A stretch of 64,000 nt of DNA. It comes from Octopus bimaculoides. Lineage: Eukaryota. The notes below the pieces were generated by a model that saw only the letters and a list, made by a program, of their open reading frames with translations, did no database searches and was not told the origin of the DNA. Within the stretch, counting starts at the first letter, position 1; each line of letters opens with the position of its first letter. The stretch covers positions 128,712,906-128,776,905 of the forward strand of contig NC_068982.1 of the NCBI RefSeq assembly GCF_001194135.2. The letters run 5' to 3'. The position numbers and the translations under genes are program-made. This document shows, piece after piece, positions 51,959-63,885 of this stretch.

Positions 51959-52264
51959 CAAATGGACTCTTTGCAAGAGTTGCTTCTTTTGTTTCTAATG
52001 GCTCACTTTGTCCAACACTGTTTACAGCAAATACCCGGAAGAAGTATTCAGTCTTTTCAGTTAGTTTTTTGCAACACAAGTCAAAAGTTATCTCATCAAC
52101 TTTATCTACTGATGTCCATACAGTACTGTTTGCTGGGCGTTTTTCAATTATATAGCCTGTGATAGGTGAATTGCCATCACTTTTGGGGGCTTTCCATCTG
52201 ATGCTGATAGAGTTTCGCTGAACATCAGTGACTTCAATAGGTCCAAGAGGTGGTGAAGGTACAG
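51959..52264 (-). CDS. FN3 exon D12, class A
   Basis: VPSPPLGPIEVTDVQRN...LAKSPF; 306 bp. Confidence 0.9.
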
Positions 52265-52798
52265 CTAAAAGTAAAGACCAAATTAAATGTAATACAATCT
52301 TTCTTGTGAATATAATATAAAATAAATTTACATATTTGACTTGAATGTCTATTTTATCATACACCATTTGAAATTAATTCATTAGACTAGAAAGATATTA
52401 ATTGTTAATCTAAAAATTTGTTTCTGATTAATTTTAAAAGTGTAAGTAAACACTATAAATTGCTCAAGACAAGCATAACTTCTGACTACCTTTCTGTTAT
52501 AGTAGGTTAGTCTTGATGGATAGCAGATATGACAGAATGTGGATAGCAAAAAAGTAAAGAGACCAACACTCTTTATACATAATACTTAATATAAGTTATA
52601 TTAGAAATGAAGAGATGACAATGATTTCAATAACTTCCAAAATGATGGTTCTGTCCCACAATACTAAGCAGCATTGATACCATCCAATGATATCTGCTCA
52701 TTTAGGCTCACAAAAGAGTAATTTCCAGATATTTTAGGCAGGATCATTTTCCTTTCTCCCTAAAATTAATTACTAAACTATTTACCTTTCACTAAGAT

Positions 52799-52800
<2 letters not shown>

Positions 52801-52829
<29 letters not shown>

Positions 52830-52861
52830 GTTATGTGAAAGGAGAAGAGAGAGAGAGAGAG

Positions 52862-52899
<38 letters not shown>
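52801..52899. repeat. (GT)n(AG)n(GT)n microsatellite
   Basis: Read directly. Confidence 0.95.
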
Positions 52900-52901
<2 letters not shown>

Positions 52902-52932
52902 CACATGCATGTTTTACTGAATGTATACATAC

Positions 52933-53235
52933 TTGCGGCAGCCTTAGGAATAACTGCTTTGTCTGTGATTGCTTCTTTACCAATACCAGCTTTGTTCTCA
53001 GCAGAGACTGCAAAGAAATGTTCAACATTCTCTTGCAGTTTAGGTATTTTGGCTTTTGTGTCAAAAGCATCAACTGTTTCAACTTTCACCAAATCTCCAG
53101 TTCTTTTAATTCTTTTGAAAATGTGGTAATGTGTTACAGGAGAACCTCCATTCTGTTTTGGTGGTGACCAGGTGATTGAAGCAAAGTCTTTTCCAACTTC
53201 GACAACCTCCAAATTAACTGGCGGACCTGGTGGTC
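52933..53235 (-). CDS. FN3 exon D11, class B
   Basis: PPGPPVNLEVVEVGKDF...IPKAAA; 303 bp. Confidence 0.9.
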
Positions 53236-53464
53236 CTATTAAATGAAACAAAAAATATTTCATATTAGTTTTGTTTATTTCCTAACTTTGTAAATACAAA
53301 TTACAATTAATAGTAACTGATACAAATTATATCACATCATCATCATTTAAAATCCGTTGTCCATGCTGGCAAAATTTACTCTATCTAATTTTAAATAAAT
53401 AAATACGTTTTGCTAATGATTTATACACATGCATACTCACATGTACACTACACATACATGACTA

Positions 53465-53610
53465 GGCTTCTTTCAGTTTCCAACAACCAAATTCATTCAC
53501 AAGGCATTAGGTACTTTAGAAGACATTTTGCCAAGGTATCACACAATGGGACAGAGCCCAAAATCATGTGGTTGAGAAATGAACTACTTAAACACACAAC
53601 CATGCCTGTG
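53465..53610. mobile_element. SINE-like fragment
   Basis: ggcttctttcagtttcc...caaattcattcacaaggc matches 41845-41890 (ggtttctttcagtttcc...caaattcactcacaaggc). Confidence 0.5.
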
Positions 53611-53791
53611 CACATACATACATTTTCTAAAGGAATCAGTTAATTTGCTCAATAGCATGCTACTATGTAATATTTATTTTCATAAATTATATTGACTGTT
53701 AAAGTTATATGAAGTATTTCAAAACATAATCTTAGATCAAAACATTTGCCAAACCAGGCAAATTTCATATTTACAAAAACAAATACTTTAC

Positions 53792-54097
53792 CTATACGTG
53801 CTGTACATTTTGTTACATCATCTGCTTCCAGTGGAGGACTCTGTCCTTCTGCATTGACAGCAATGACTCTGAACCAATACTCAGTACCTTCTTCAAGGGC
53901 CATTGCAGTATAAGTTGTTGTTTTTCCATTTACACTGCTGAGTTTTTTCCATCCAGTGCAATATGAAGGTTTAATCTCAATAATGTAACTTGTAATAGGT
54001 GTACCACCATCCTCTTTGGGTGGCTTCCATTCAAGATCAGCAGAATTTGTGGTGACATTTTTGATCTCAAGAGGACCAATTGGAATTGATGGGCAAT
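53792..54097 (-). CDS. FN3 exon D10, class C
   Basis: CPSIPIGPLEIKNVTTNSADL...KCTARI; 306 bp; AAG acceptor. Confidence 0.88.
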
Positions 54098-54608
54098 CTT
54101 TGAAACAGAACAGAAATTAAATATATTGAAATGTCATCAGTATCTTCCAATATTAAAAATTAATTTTCTTTATTCAGTTTATTCAAATACTTAAACATAC
54201 AAAAGTACATTAATCATTGTGATAGACAACTAATTAAAATCAAATGTTGATAAATTTAGTTTTATCTCTATTAAACCAGAAACATAAAATTTATATTCAT
54301 AATAATAATTTTATTGAACAAAACTATTTAATTTATCATAAAAGTATTTGCCATTCTTATTGAATAAAATTATCTAATTTAATATATAAATAGATAAATA
54401 ATACTTGCCAAATTTATTCAACAAAACTACTTAAACTATCATAAAAATAGATTATATTTTCTAATTTTATTGAATAAAATCAATTTATTTTAAAATAAAC
54501 GATAATAATAATATCTGCCAAAACAATAAATTATAAAGAAATGGAAAACACAGAAAGCAATTTAGACTTATAAAAATGCTCAAAAATATGTTATGAATAT
54601 CAACTCAC

Positions 54609-54914
54609 CAAAAGGACTTTTAACTAAGGTTGCTTCCTTTGTTTCCAAAGGAGGACTTTGGCCAACTTTGTTAACAGCAATCACTCTGAAATGATATTTG
54701 GTTTTCTCAGTAAGATGGGTTGCAGTGTAGGTTAAAGTGGAGTCATTGACTTTGCCAGCCTTTGTCCAATTTGTTATAGATTCTTCTCTATATTCAATGA
54801 TATAGCCTGTAATTGGTGAACCACCATCATTTTCAGGTTCTTTCCATTTGATAGATATGGCATCACGTTTGACATCTGTAACTTCAATGGGACCAACACA
54901 CATTGATGGGACTT
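54609..54914 (-). CDS. FN3 exon D9, class A
   Basis: VPSMCVGPIEVTDVKRD...LVKSPF; 306 bp. Confidence 0.9.
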
Positions 54915-55369
54915 CTGAAACAAAAAGGATAAATAACATATAGTATCTATAGTATCACTTCCTTTTTAAATATGCATAAAATATAAAATAATTTTCATAG
55001 TAAATAATGATTTATTATTAACTATTTCAATTAATATTTTCTTATTATCAAGACATACTTCTTATGATATCTGATAATTAAAGGGGTGGGGGTGTTACCC
55101 TAAAGTTAGCTTTATTTGATAGTTAATATGAGGTTATGATTTCAGTCCTTACTGGGAGTTCTAAAATATGGGGACAAAGGACTTGAAGAAAATATTTTGC
55201 TTTTATCAAGTTTAAATAATAGAGAAAATTTGTTTTATAAAACCAAACTGAAGTTTGTCTTTTATAAAATTGCTGTTTAAATTTAGAAATATTTTTCTTG
55301 AAATATCATAATCAAGAGATTATGATTAAATTCAAATATTCTATTTTGCATATTTTACTTGTTTCAAGA

Positions 55370-55545
55370 TTGTGGCCATGCTGGGGTACCAGCATGAAGG
55401 GCTTAGTCAAACAAATCAAACCCAGCCCATATTTTTAAAGTCTGATACTTATTCTATTAGTCTCATTTGCTGAACTGCTACATTATGGGGATGCAAATAA
55501 ACCAACACTAGTTGCCAAGTGGTGAGATGGAGACAAACACAAAAG
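55370..55545. mobile_element. Dispersed repeat, third family, second copy
   Basis: Aligns by eye to 41440-41630; followed by CA-rich repeats as in the other copy. Confidence 0.5.
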
Positions 55546-56074
55546 CACACTCATGAGTGTGCATACACATACACGCACATGCACACACACACACACATAC
55601 AATGGGCCTCCACACAGTTACAGAATGTATATCAAAAGATAACATAGAGTGAAATATTAACTTTACATAATTATTTTACTTTTAATAAATTACAACATTT
55701 ATCTTAGAAAATCCTAAAAATATTTTCTATGATCTAGTTCCTAAATAAATCTATTTGTCAAGGAGCAATAGGAAATATCATTCTTAAATCAATAACAACT
55801 AGTATGATAGCATCTATCCTGAGCATCACATCAAGTCAACAAGCAATTGGGGCACCTAAAGAGTTTGAGATCATTTTACACAAATGAAAATCCATCTGAC
55901 TACACTAAAATCTAAAAAATGCTCTGAGTGTATCAAAAACACCAACAGAATGAAAAAGTTAGAGGCTCAATTCTACACTAAATCAAAGTATAAACTTATT
56001 TTTATTTAATAATACATCTGTTATTGTAAGGTGAATCTCTCCACAACATTAGTACAATTGTATATGAAACTTAC

Positions 56075-56374
56075 TTGGCTTTTTCACAAGAGTGATCTTT
56101 TTCGATTCACATGAATCGCTTATTCCAGCTTCATTTTCAGCAAAAACAGCAAAATAGTAATCAGTATCAGGTTCAGCATTTTTCAGTTTATACTTCCTGT
56201 CATATTCATCAATTTTGGCAACATCTTCCCATTTGTCACTAGCTTTGTGTTTCTTTTTAAGAATATATTGGGTGATCTTTGATCCACCATCATTCTTAGG
56301 TGGTTGCCACTCAAGTTCAATGAAATCTTCACCCGTTTTAGTTGGTTTCAAATTAATCGGTGGTCCTGGTCGGG
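56075..56374 (-). CDS. FN3 exon D8, class B
   Basis: RPGPPINLKPTKTGEDF...LVKKP; 300 bp. Confidence 0.9.
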
Positions 56375-56461
56375 CTGAAAAGCAAATGCACATAAAATGT
56401 CAAAAATATTGCAAAAATACTTCTGTTGTAAAACATTGAAGAAATTAGTCATGTTGTTTAA

Positions 56462-56681
56462 CCCTTTAGCATTTGAACTGACCATATCAAGCCCAAATAT
56501 TGTATATGCTTTATGGTCAAACAAAGAGATCTGGCTTCTCACGCCTACTCTACAACTTCTACTCTAAAACTAAGCAATCATATCATTGAAACCTAAAAGT
56601 TACAAGATAATACATGATTAATTTAGAACTATGTGAATAAATAAGCATTACATTTGTTAAAGTAATCTGAATGCTAAAGGG
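56462..56681. mobile_element. piggyBac-like MITE (220 bp)
   Basis: Perfect 12-bp TIRs ccctttagcatt / aatgctaaaggg, flanked by TTAA and CTAA; CCC...GGG ends with a TTAA target are piggyBac hallmarks. Confidence 0.75.
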
Positions 56682-56760
56682 CTAATCATTTATTTGAATT
56701 TTAGATTGTAAGAAAAAAATAAGACAAATACGAAAACATAGTGTGGAAAAAAATAGTTAC

Positions 56761-57066
56761 CAATTTTCTTTTTAATAATGGTTGTATCAGCAGCCTCCAA
56801 TGGCTCGCTTTTACCTTCTGCATTGACTGCTATCACTCTAAACTGATATTCTGTTCCTGCTGATAGATCAGGCACTGTAAATGTTGTAGATTTACCATCA
56901 ACACTGCCAGTTTTAGACCAAGATGATCGTGAAGCTTGTTTATACTCAATGATATAGCTAGTAATTGGTGTTCCGCCATCACTTTCTGAAGGTTTCCATC
57001 GAAGATCAGCAGAGTTTGATGTAACATCAGTTACCTCAAGAGGTCCTCTTGGTTTTGAAGGAACAT
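56761..57066 (-). CDS. FN3 exon D7, class C (P[KR]GPL subtype)
   Basis: VPSKPRGPLEVTDVTSNSADL...IKKKI; 306 bp. Confidence 0.9.
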
Positions 57067-58322
57067 CTGAAATATATATATTCATATGATTATATAGTTT
57101 ACTATACAAATTGTTAAATCACATTATTATGTCATTTGTGTGTGTTTAAGTGTATACACATGTGATATGTTTACAGCGCTGTAAAATTTATAATCATATT
57201 TTAGACAAACTGAAATTTTACAACACTTGTATTTGTAAATGAGCTGTAAAACTAGAAAACCAAATAATTCTCTTAAGACAATATCCTACAAATCTAATGC
57301 AATCCTCTGAAGTACCTTTAAAATACACCAAAAGGCTCATTCTCAAGATGGAATATGAGACAGTGAATATCTTAAGCTAATGGCCATTAATATCTGTCTA
57401 ATCATTTCCAAGAAGATTTACAGTCATATGATGCAAAATAACATATCAAATTATATGTAATGTCCTGATGTCAAATGACATCTGATGTAAAAGTTTTCTG
57501 ATGGGAATGTACAAATAGAATTGTATTTTAATGTATTAGAAATATTCTCCTTAGGAGAAACCTTGTTAAATATTTGTTATTGCTACATCAAATATTAGTG
57601 TTAGAGACAATTCAATCAGGTGAGGTAGGTCACTGGCCATAAACCCTGAATATTATTATAGATTTATCACAACTATAATTATTGGAACAAATGATTATGT
57701 AAAAACCATATGATAGGTCAGGATTCTGGATTCATTGTATTAAAAAAGAAAAGAAACAGCTGACTTAAACTAAATCAATTAGTGGCATGAAAGCAACATT
57801 CAAATTTTGTCTAAAATTGCAGTGTTTGACTTAAGCTGTCAGTTGATCAATTATTGTATTTATTGAATTATGTATCTACTTTTATTGTAGTGACTAGTGA
57901 AAATCACTAGTGCCTAAAGAATTCAACTGAGGGATGGATACCTGAGTTTAACAGACCCATTATCTATCAACTATAAAATACAACGATGAGCATATGTATC
58001 TAATAATCAGAGTAACAGTTCAAATTACAGAGCAATGCAGACTAAGAGAACTGTAAAAATCCTGGTTTGCTGTAAAATACTGGAACAGCTTCTCCATGCA
58101 AACAAGGTCGCTATTGTTACAGAGTTGACTTGTTCCTTCACTCCATCATTTAGGTGAAGTGTAGCCTTTTCTGAGTTAGCTGCTCTGACCATAGATGCAA
58201 AACAACCTCTGCTTTCTTTGATGCTATCTATTACCCTGTCTATCTCCCCTTGTATTGCAGTGAACAAGCTTATATGAAATGCAGTGTATGATATTTTAAT
58301 TACAAGTTACAAGGTTACTAAC

Positions 58323-58628
58323 CAAATGGACTTCTTGCAAGAGTAGTATCTTTGGTTTCTAAAGGTTCACTTTGGCCAATCTTATTGACAGCAATTACTC
58401 TAAACAGATATTCTGTTTTCTCAGTAAGGTATGGGCAACGTAATTTTGTAGTACTTTCATCCACTTTTTCAACTCGTTGCCATTTCATTTGAGCTGGTTC
58501 CTTCCTTTCTACTATGTAGCCAGTGATGGGAGAACCACCATCATCTTCAGGCATTTTCCACTGAATTGTGATGTTATCTCGTTGGACATCAATGACATCA
58601 ATAGGTCCCACAGGTTTGCCAGGGGCAG
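58323..58628 (-). CDS. FN3 exon D6, class A
   Basis: APGKPVGPIDVIDVQRD...LARSPF; 306 bp; donor gttagt. Confidence 0.9.
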
Positions 58629-59478
58629 CTACAAAAATATAAATAAAATAATGATTATAAAATCCAGAATTAATTATTTCCTAAGTTACAAGAAAATCAG
58701 GCGAAAACTGGCTATAGTATTGATGAACATACCATATTTGGTATGCAAAAAAAGCTTTGGATGAAATTTAAGATTATGAAGGTTAGACAAATATTTTAAG
58801 GCTATATGCATATAAATAACTAAACACACACACACACATATGCACATGCATAATACATATATGCATAAATATACATATTTATAAATGTCAATTAATGAAT
58901 AACAAAAGAACAAAAATTATGTAATTAATTTCATTAGCTTACAGCTATTTCTACAATAAGAAGCATACATTCAGAACTAAGTGTTCGTGCAACATCTTAT
59001 AGCTTCCTCTGAGCCAACACATACATGTGTCTGTGTCTATTTATCTTTCTATCTGTCTGTCTTTCAGTATGTATGTACGTATGTTTATATACATACTCAC
59101 ACACATGAATAAAAAGAGAGTCAAAGAAAGTTGATGAGAGTCTTTATGATACTCATGTGAAAAACAGAGAAATCTGAAGTAAGTTGTTTCAGAGCAAGTA
59201 TGAATTAAAGACACAATGTTAAAATTATGTTTACAAAAATTAGGGTGATACATGTATCACATATGAATGAAAACTATAATTGCTTTAAGTGAGTTGAATT
59301 AAATGAAATAATTAAATCTATAAAATGCTTAGCAGTAGCATAGCAATATCTTGAGCATCAACAAGTACTGTTATATATTATTATTATTGTTATTAAATGG
59401 CAATTTATTGATATATGTGATATGTCCATATTTAATTTGATATAGGGGTCTCAAAATGTACAATCAAAGATTACTTAC

Positions 59479-59778
59479 TTGGTTCTCTTTTTGGTACTAC
59501 TTTCTCTGTTTCTGCCGCTGGACCAACACCAGCACTATTTTCAGCACATACAGAGAAGTAATGCTCAACATTTTCCTTGAGGCCTTTAACTTTGTAGGTC
59601 AATTCAAATTCACTAGTGGTGGCCACTTTCTCCCAATCACCAGTTGCCTTTATTTTCTTTTTCAAGTGGTAAGCTGTAACCTTGGAACCTCCATCAACTT
59701 TTGGTGCCTTCCATTGCAGAGTAGCAAAATCTGCACCAACTTTGTCAACAGTAAACTTGATTGGTGGACCAGGAGGCT
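59479..59778 (-). CDS. FN3 exon D5, class B
   Basis: PPGPPIKFTVDKVGADF...VPKREP; 300 bp. Confidence 0.9.
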
Positions 59779-60244
59779 CTGATATTACAAAAAACACATG
59801 CATTATTATAATTAACAAACCACATCATTATCAGATATCTATATAAGGAATTACTATTGCATCTCTAAGACCAATATTGTAATCTGATTAAACTAAAAGG
59901 GTATAACTTCAATTATTTAATGGTAATCCACTCTTTGTTAAAATTTGGAATCTTTTTTATGCCAACTTATTTTGAAGATATTCAACATTTTGAAAATATC
60001 AGTATTTACTGCATATGCTTGCATATAAGTTATAACATGTTCACATTATTTTTGTTTCAATTTTTCACCCATATTGTTTTTCATAAATACTGTACACAAT
60101 ACTGCATGAAATATCGTTAAAAATCGAAAAACTGAAAAAATCCCAATCATAACCAGTATTGTCTAGCAAAGTTCCAGAATCATAGGTACCATCGTAATGT
60201 GTTTCTATAATCAATGTCTGGAATCATCAACATCACCATCATCA

Positions 60245-60435
60245 TTGTCGTTTAACGTCTGCTTTCCATGCTAGCATGGGTTGGACGATTTGACTGAGGA
60301 CTGGTGGACCAGGTGGCCACACCAGGCTCCAATCTGATCTGGCAGAGTTTCTACAGCTGGATGCCCTTCCTAATGCCAACCACTCTGAGGGTGTAGGGAT
60401 GCCCTTCCTAACACCAACCAGTCCGAGAGTGGAGG
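60245..60435 (+). mobile_element. Retroposon-like fragment with an internal duplication
   Basis: GC-rich island; ggatgcccttcctaa(tg/ca)ccaacca occurs twice in tandem; follows an (ATC)n tract. Confidence 0.5.
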
Positions 60436-60587
60436 AATGTTCAGATTAAATGATACTTTTAAATCACCATGCCTGATTGACTGGCATTATAGGCAAAAAC
60501 TAATAGGAATAAGAATTATTGCAGGGAAATGGTGCTGTTAGTCAATGTTTTAAATAGGAATAAAGAAGAACATTAAATCTGTCTTAC

Positions 60588-60893
60588 CAATTTTTCTAGT
60601 TGGTTTGGTTGTATCAGTAGCTTCAAGAGGAGCTCCGACACCTTCATCATTTACAGCACTAACACGGAAAATGTATTCTGTATCTTCCAGCAAACCAGTT
60701 GCAGTGAAAGTTAATGTTTTACCATCAACATTGCCACATTTTCCCCATGTTGATCTGGTTGCTGTCCTGTTTTCAATAATATAACCTGTGATAGGAAGAC
60801 CACCATCACTTTTAGGTTTCTTCCATTCAAGATCAGCAGAGTTTATAGTGACATTGCTTATTTCCAAAGGTCCAATAGGAGCTGATGGAACAG
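60588..60893 (-). CDS. FN3 exon D4, class C
   Basis: VPSAPIGPLEISNVTINSADL...KPTRKI; 306 bp. Confidence 0.9.
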
Positions 60894-62219
60894 CTGAAAA
60901 AACAATACAAAAAGAATGTCTGTCAAGAATCTGAAGATGTTTTACCCTTTCACATTATTAAAAGTTTATCAGGTCATCTTTTAATAATAATATGGAGCTA
61001 AACAGCCTAAATTTCAGTCCGGCAAAAGGTATATTTAAACTGAGGAGAATTATTAATGATAAATTTGGATTCCATATAAATTTTCCATCAAGTTGAAAGC
61101 ATTTACATCTGAGGCGATGTCATCTACATTATAGTGCTACTACCATCACCCCTACCAACACCATCATCACTCACAAAATAACTTTTCATATATCCCAACT
61201 TCCATAGATCATATCACTAGGCTTTATTGATTAAAGTTAGGTATTATTTTTCAAGTTTTAAGTTTTATTTATCAAGATTTTTGTTTCATAGTGTGATAGG
61301 AAAAAGAAAATTAAAAGTAGTTTAGTGCAGCTTTTGAGTGCAACTCAAGCTATATATTGATAGAATAAATGTCAACATTAGGCCTCAGTTCAAGCATTTA
61401 TTAGAGAGTTTAGTATTATTCAGTACTTTATATGTTGAGGACCAAGCTGTCATTGCAGAATCTGTTAAAAACTAACAACAAACTAGAAAATTGGCTGCCC
61501 CAGTTATACAAGAGTATATCAAAGCAAGAGCACACATGAAATGAAATCCATAATCTGTTTCTATGCCTAACTAGGAACTGTATATCGTTTTGTTTACTAG
61601 TTAATATACTCATTACTGGAATTGATTGAGTGAAATTAAAAATTGGTAAAGTGTTAGAAAAGCTTTTGTTGGTGACAAAATGCTTTTTACAAAATGCTTT
61701 TTTTCAGTAAGAGAACAGAATGTACAAAAATGTGTTAAAAGTGTAGGATGCATCAATATAGAGAGACATGTGCATTAAATAAAGAATCTTTGAGAAGACT
61801 GGAGAGGAATACATTGATTATGATTTCTGGGCTATGCAACATTCATTTACTGTTAGCATTAAAGATATTAGTTATTGTGGAAAGGAGTAACTATAAGGTA
61901 TAAACCTCTGATGGATAGTATTTGCTGAGAGACAAAAAACTGCTGTGAACAGACATTAGAATACACTAGAATCAGGAAAAATTAATAAAAGACAGGGAAA
62001 GACGTGGGAAGTTAAACTTGAGGGATTTGGGCCTCTATTACATAGACCAGATAATTCAGGACGAAGTAAAATTGCAGTTTACTATATTGAACAACCATTC
62101 AAAGTGATGTTAACATGGAAAATTGATATTAAAGCAATGCTACAAATGATAAATATTGATGTCTTTGATTCATTATGTTACAAAATAGACTTATAAATTC
62201 AAAACATTTTGAAACTTAC

Positions 62220-62519
62220 AGTATGGACTCTTGGGAGTAACTGCCTCACTTTCCAAAGGAGGACTTTTTCCAATTTTGTTAACAGCAGTAACTCTGAAGA
62301 AATATTCTGTGTTCTCAGTCAGTCTTGGCACATGAAGCTTGGTAATATTTCCCTCAACTTCATCAACAATAGTCCATCGGCCATATTTGTCTTTCTTTTC
62401 AACAATGTAACTGGTAATTGGTGAACCACCAGTGTCTTTTGGAGGCTTCCAATCAAGATCCACAGATGTCTTTTGAATATTAGTGACATTAAGTGGACCA
62501 AGTGGACTGGATGGAGCAG
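62220..62519 (-). CDS. FN3 exon D3, class A
   Basis: APSSPLGPLNVTNIQKT...TPKSPY; 300 bp. Confidence 0.9.
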
Positions 62520-63265
62520 CTGTAAATAAATATAATGTAATTAATTATATGACATACCTATAAATTAAGTTTATTATTCACATCGTTACTTAAACCTTTG
62601 CAGTAAATTTTTTTTTAATCCTTAGATTCAGATCATAATAGATTTTTTTTTATATATTCATATGTAAATAGACATTTGTTTAAACTAAACTATTTAACAA
62701 ATTCATTCACCCCAGCCATATAAGGTTATTTACTTTAGTATTGAGGCGTACAAACTGATACTTTACAATTAAATTATAAATTGTCATCATTCAGAGGTGT
62801 AGTGTTGTAATCTGTTTCTCAGTTTAACACCACTAGCTGGCTCTTGAGTACTGTTAACAGAGTAAATTCAATTGCAATCTTGGGGGCCAGAAAACTTATT
62901 TGAGAATAACTTCTTCCTACATGTCAGATCAACTGAATGACCTTTTCTTTCAATTAACATGCAAAATGGCTGAACATTCTGTGCCCTTTATGTAATTCCC
63001 AAGTAGAATCAGTGTGACAAGACTTGACCACTAAATTAAAGGCACAATCCATTCGATGGGCTTTCACACAGTTTCTGTCTTCTTAATTTCACTTACAAGG
63101 CTTGGTTTGACCTGTTTTCATCCAAGTTTTCAGTCTCAAATTAATTGCATCAATACTATTCATTAAACAATAGCTTTCTGATTATTCTTATCCTAAAGAA
63201 TCTATAAAGTCCGTACAAGAATCTATTAAGTCATTAACTCTCAAAACATATTTTAAAATACTTAC

Positions 63266-63565
63266 ATGGTGGCCTAGAGGGAACAATTGCATCTCTTGTT
63301 TCACAAGGTTCACTGACCCCAACTGCATTTTGTGCAGAAACAGCAAAGTAATAGCCAATATCTTTAAGGTTGTTTACTCGGTAAGTGAGATTGAATGCTT
63401 TTGTTGTGCCAATCTTCTCAAAAACATCAGATTTTTCTTCGCATAATTCCAGAACATAGTTAGTCAAAGGACTGCCACCATCTTTCAATGGTGGTTCCCA
63501 TGATAATACAACATAATCAATACCAACATCTGTTCCTTTAAGGTTGACTGGTGGATCAGGTGGAT
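63266..63565 (-). CDS. FN3 exon D2, class B
   Basis: [14 protein letters not shown]...VPSRPP; 300 bp, AG/GT, phase 1. Confidence 0.9.
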
Positions 63566-63885
63566 CTGAAATGCATATTAATGTTTATAGAATCAATGAA
63601 AGATTGATGATCATATAAAGGTATATTAACTAACATATGTGTAATTAGTCATAATATAAATACATTTATCATAAGTGAGGTAACGAAATACATCTCAATC
63701 AAAAACATTATTTCTTAATGAACATGAGTACCTAAAGAAATATGTCAGACTTACAAAGTCCTTAAAATGTTCATAATATTGCCATTAAAATATTAGCATT
63801 AAATTGATGTATAATAATATCTATAAATAACTTTCTATCTTTTGTGCTCTTGCACATCTATACTATCAACAAAAAGTGTACTCAC

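Noticed and set aside
5939-59782. Many short plus-strand ORFs overlapping the FN3 exons
   Set aside because: They are antisense shadows of the coding exons, recur only where exons recur, and show no independent protein motif or splice pattern
60894-62219. Possible hidden Ig or other exons in the longer introns (also 40-1751, 14130-15236, 27718-28614, 57067-58322)
   Set aside because: No Ig-like motif or well-flanked open frame seen by eye, and the B-A-C cycle is complete without them; an HMM scan would be decisive
1684-63488. Hydrophobic N- and C-terminal extensions on the tracked ORFs that look like signal peptides or TM helices
   Set aside because: They are translations of intronic pyrimidine tracts and AT-rich sequence outside the AG/GT boundaries
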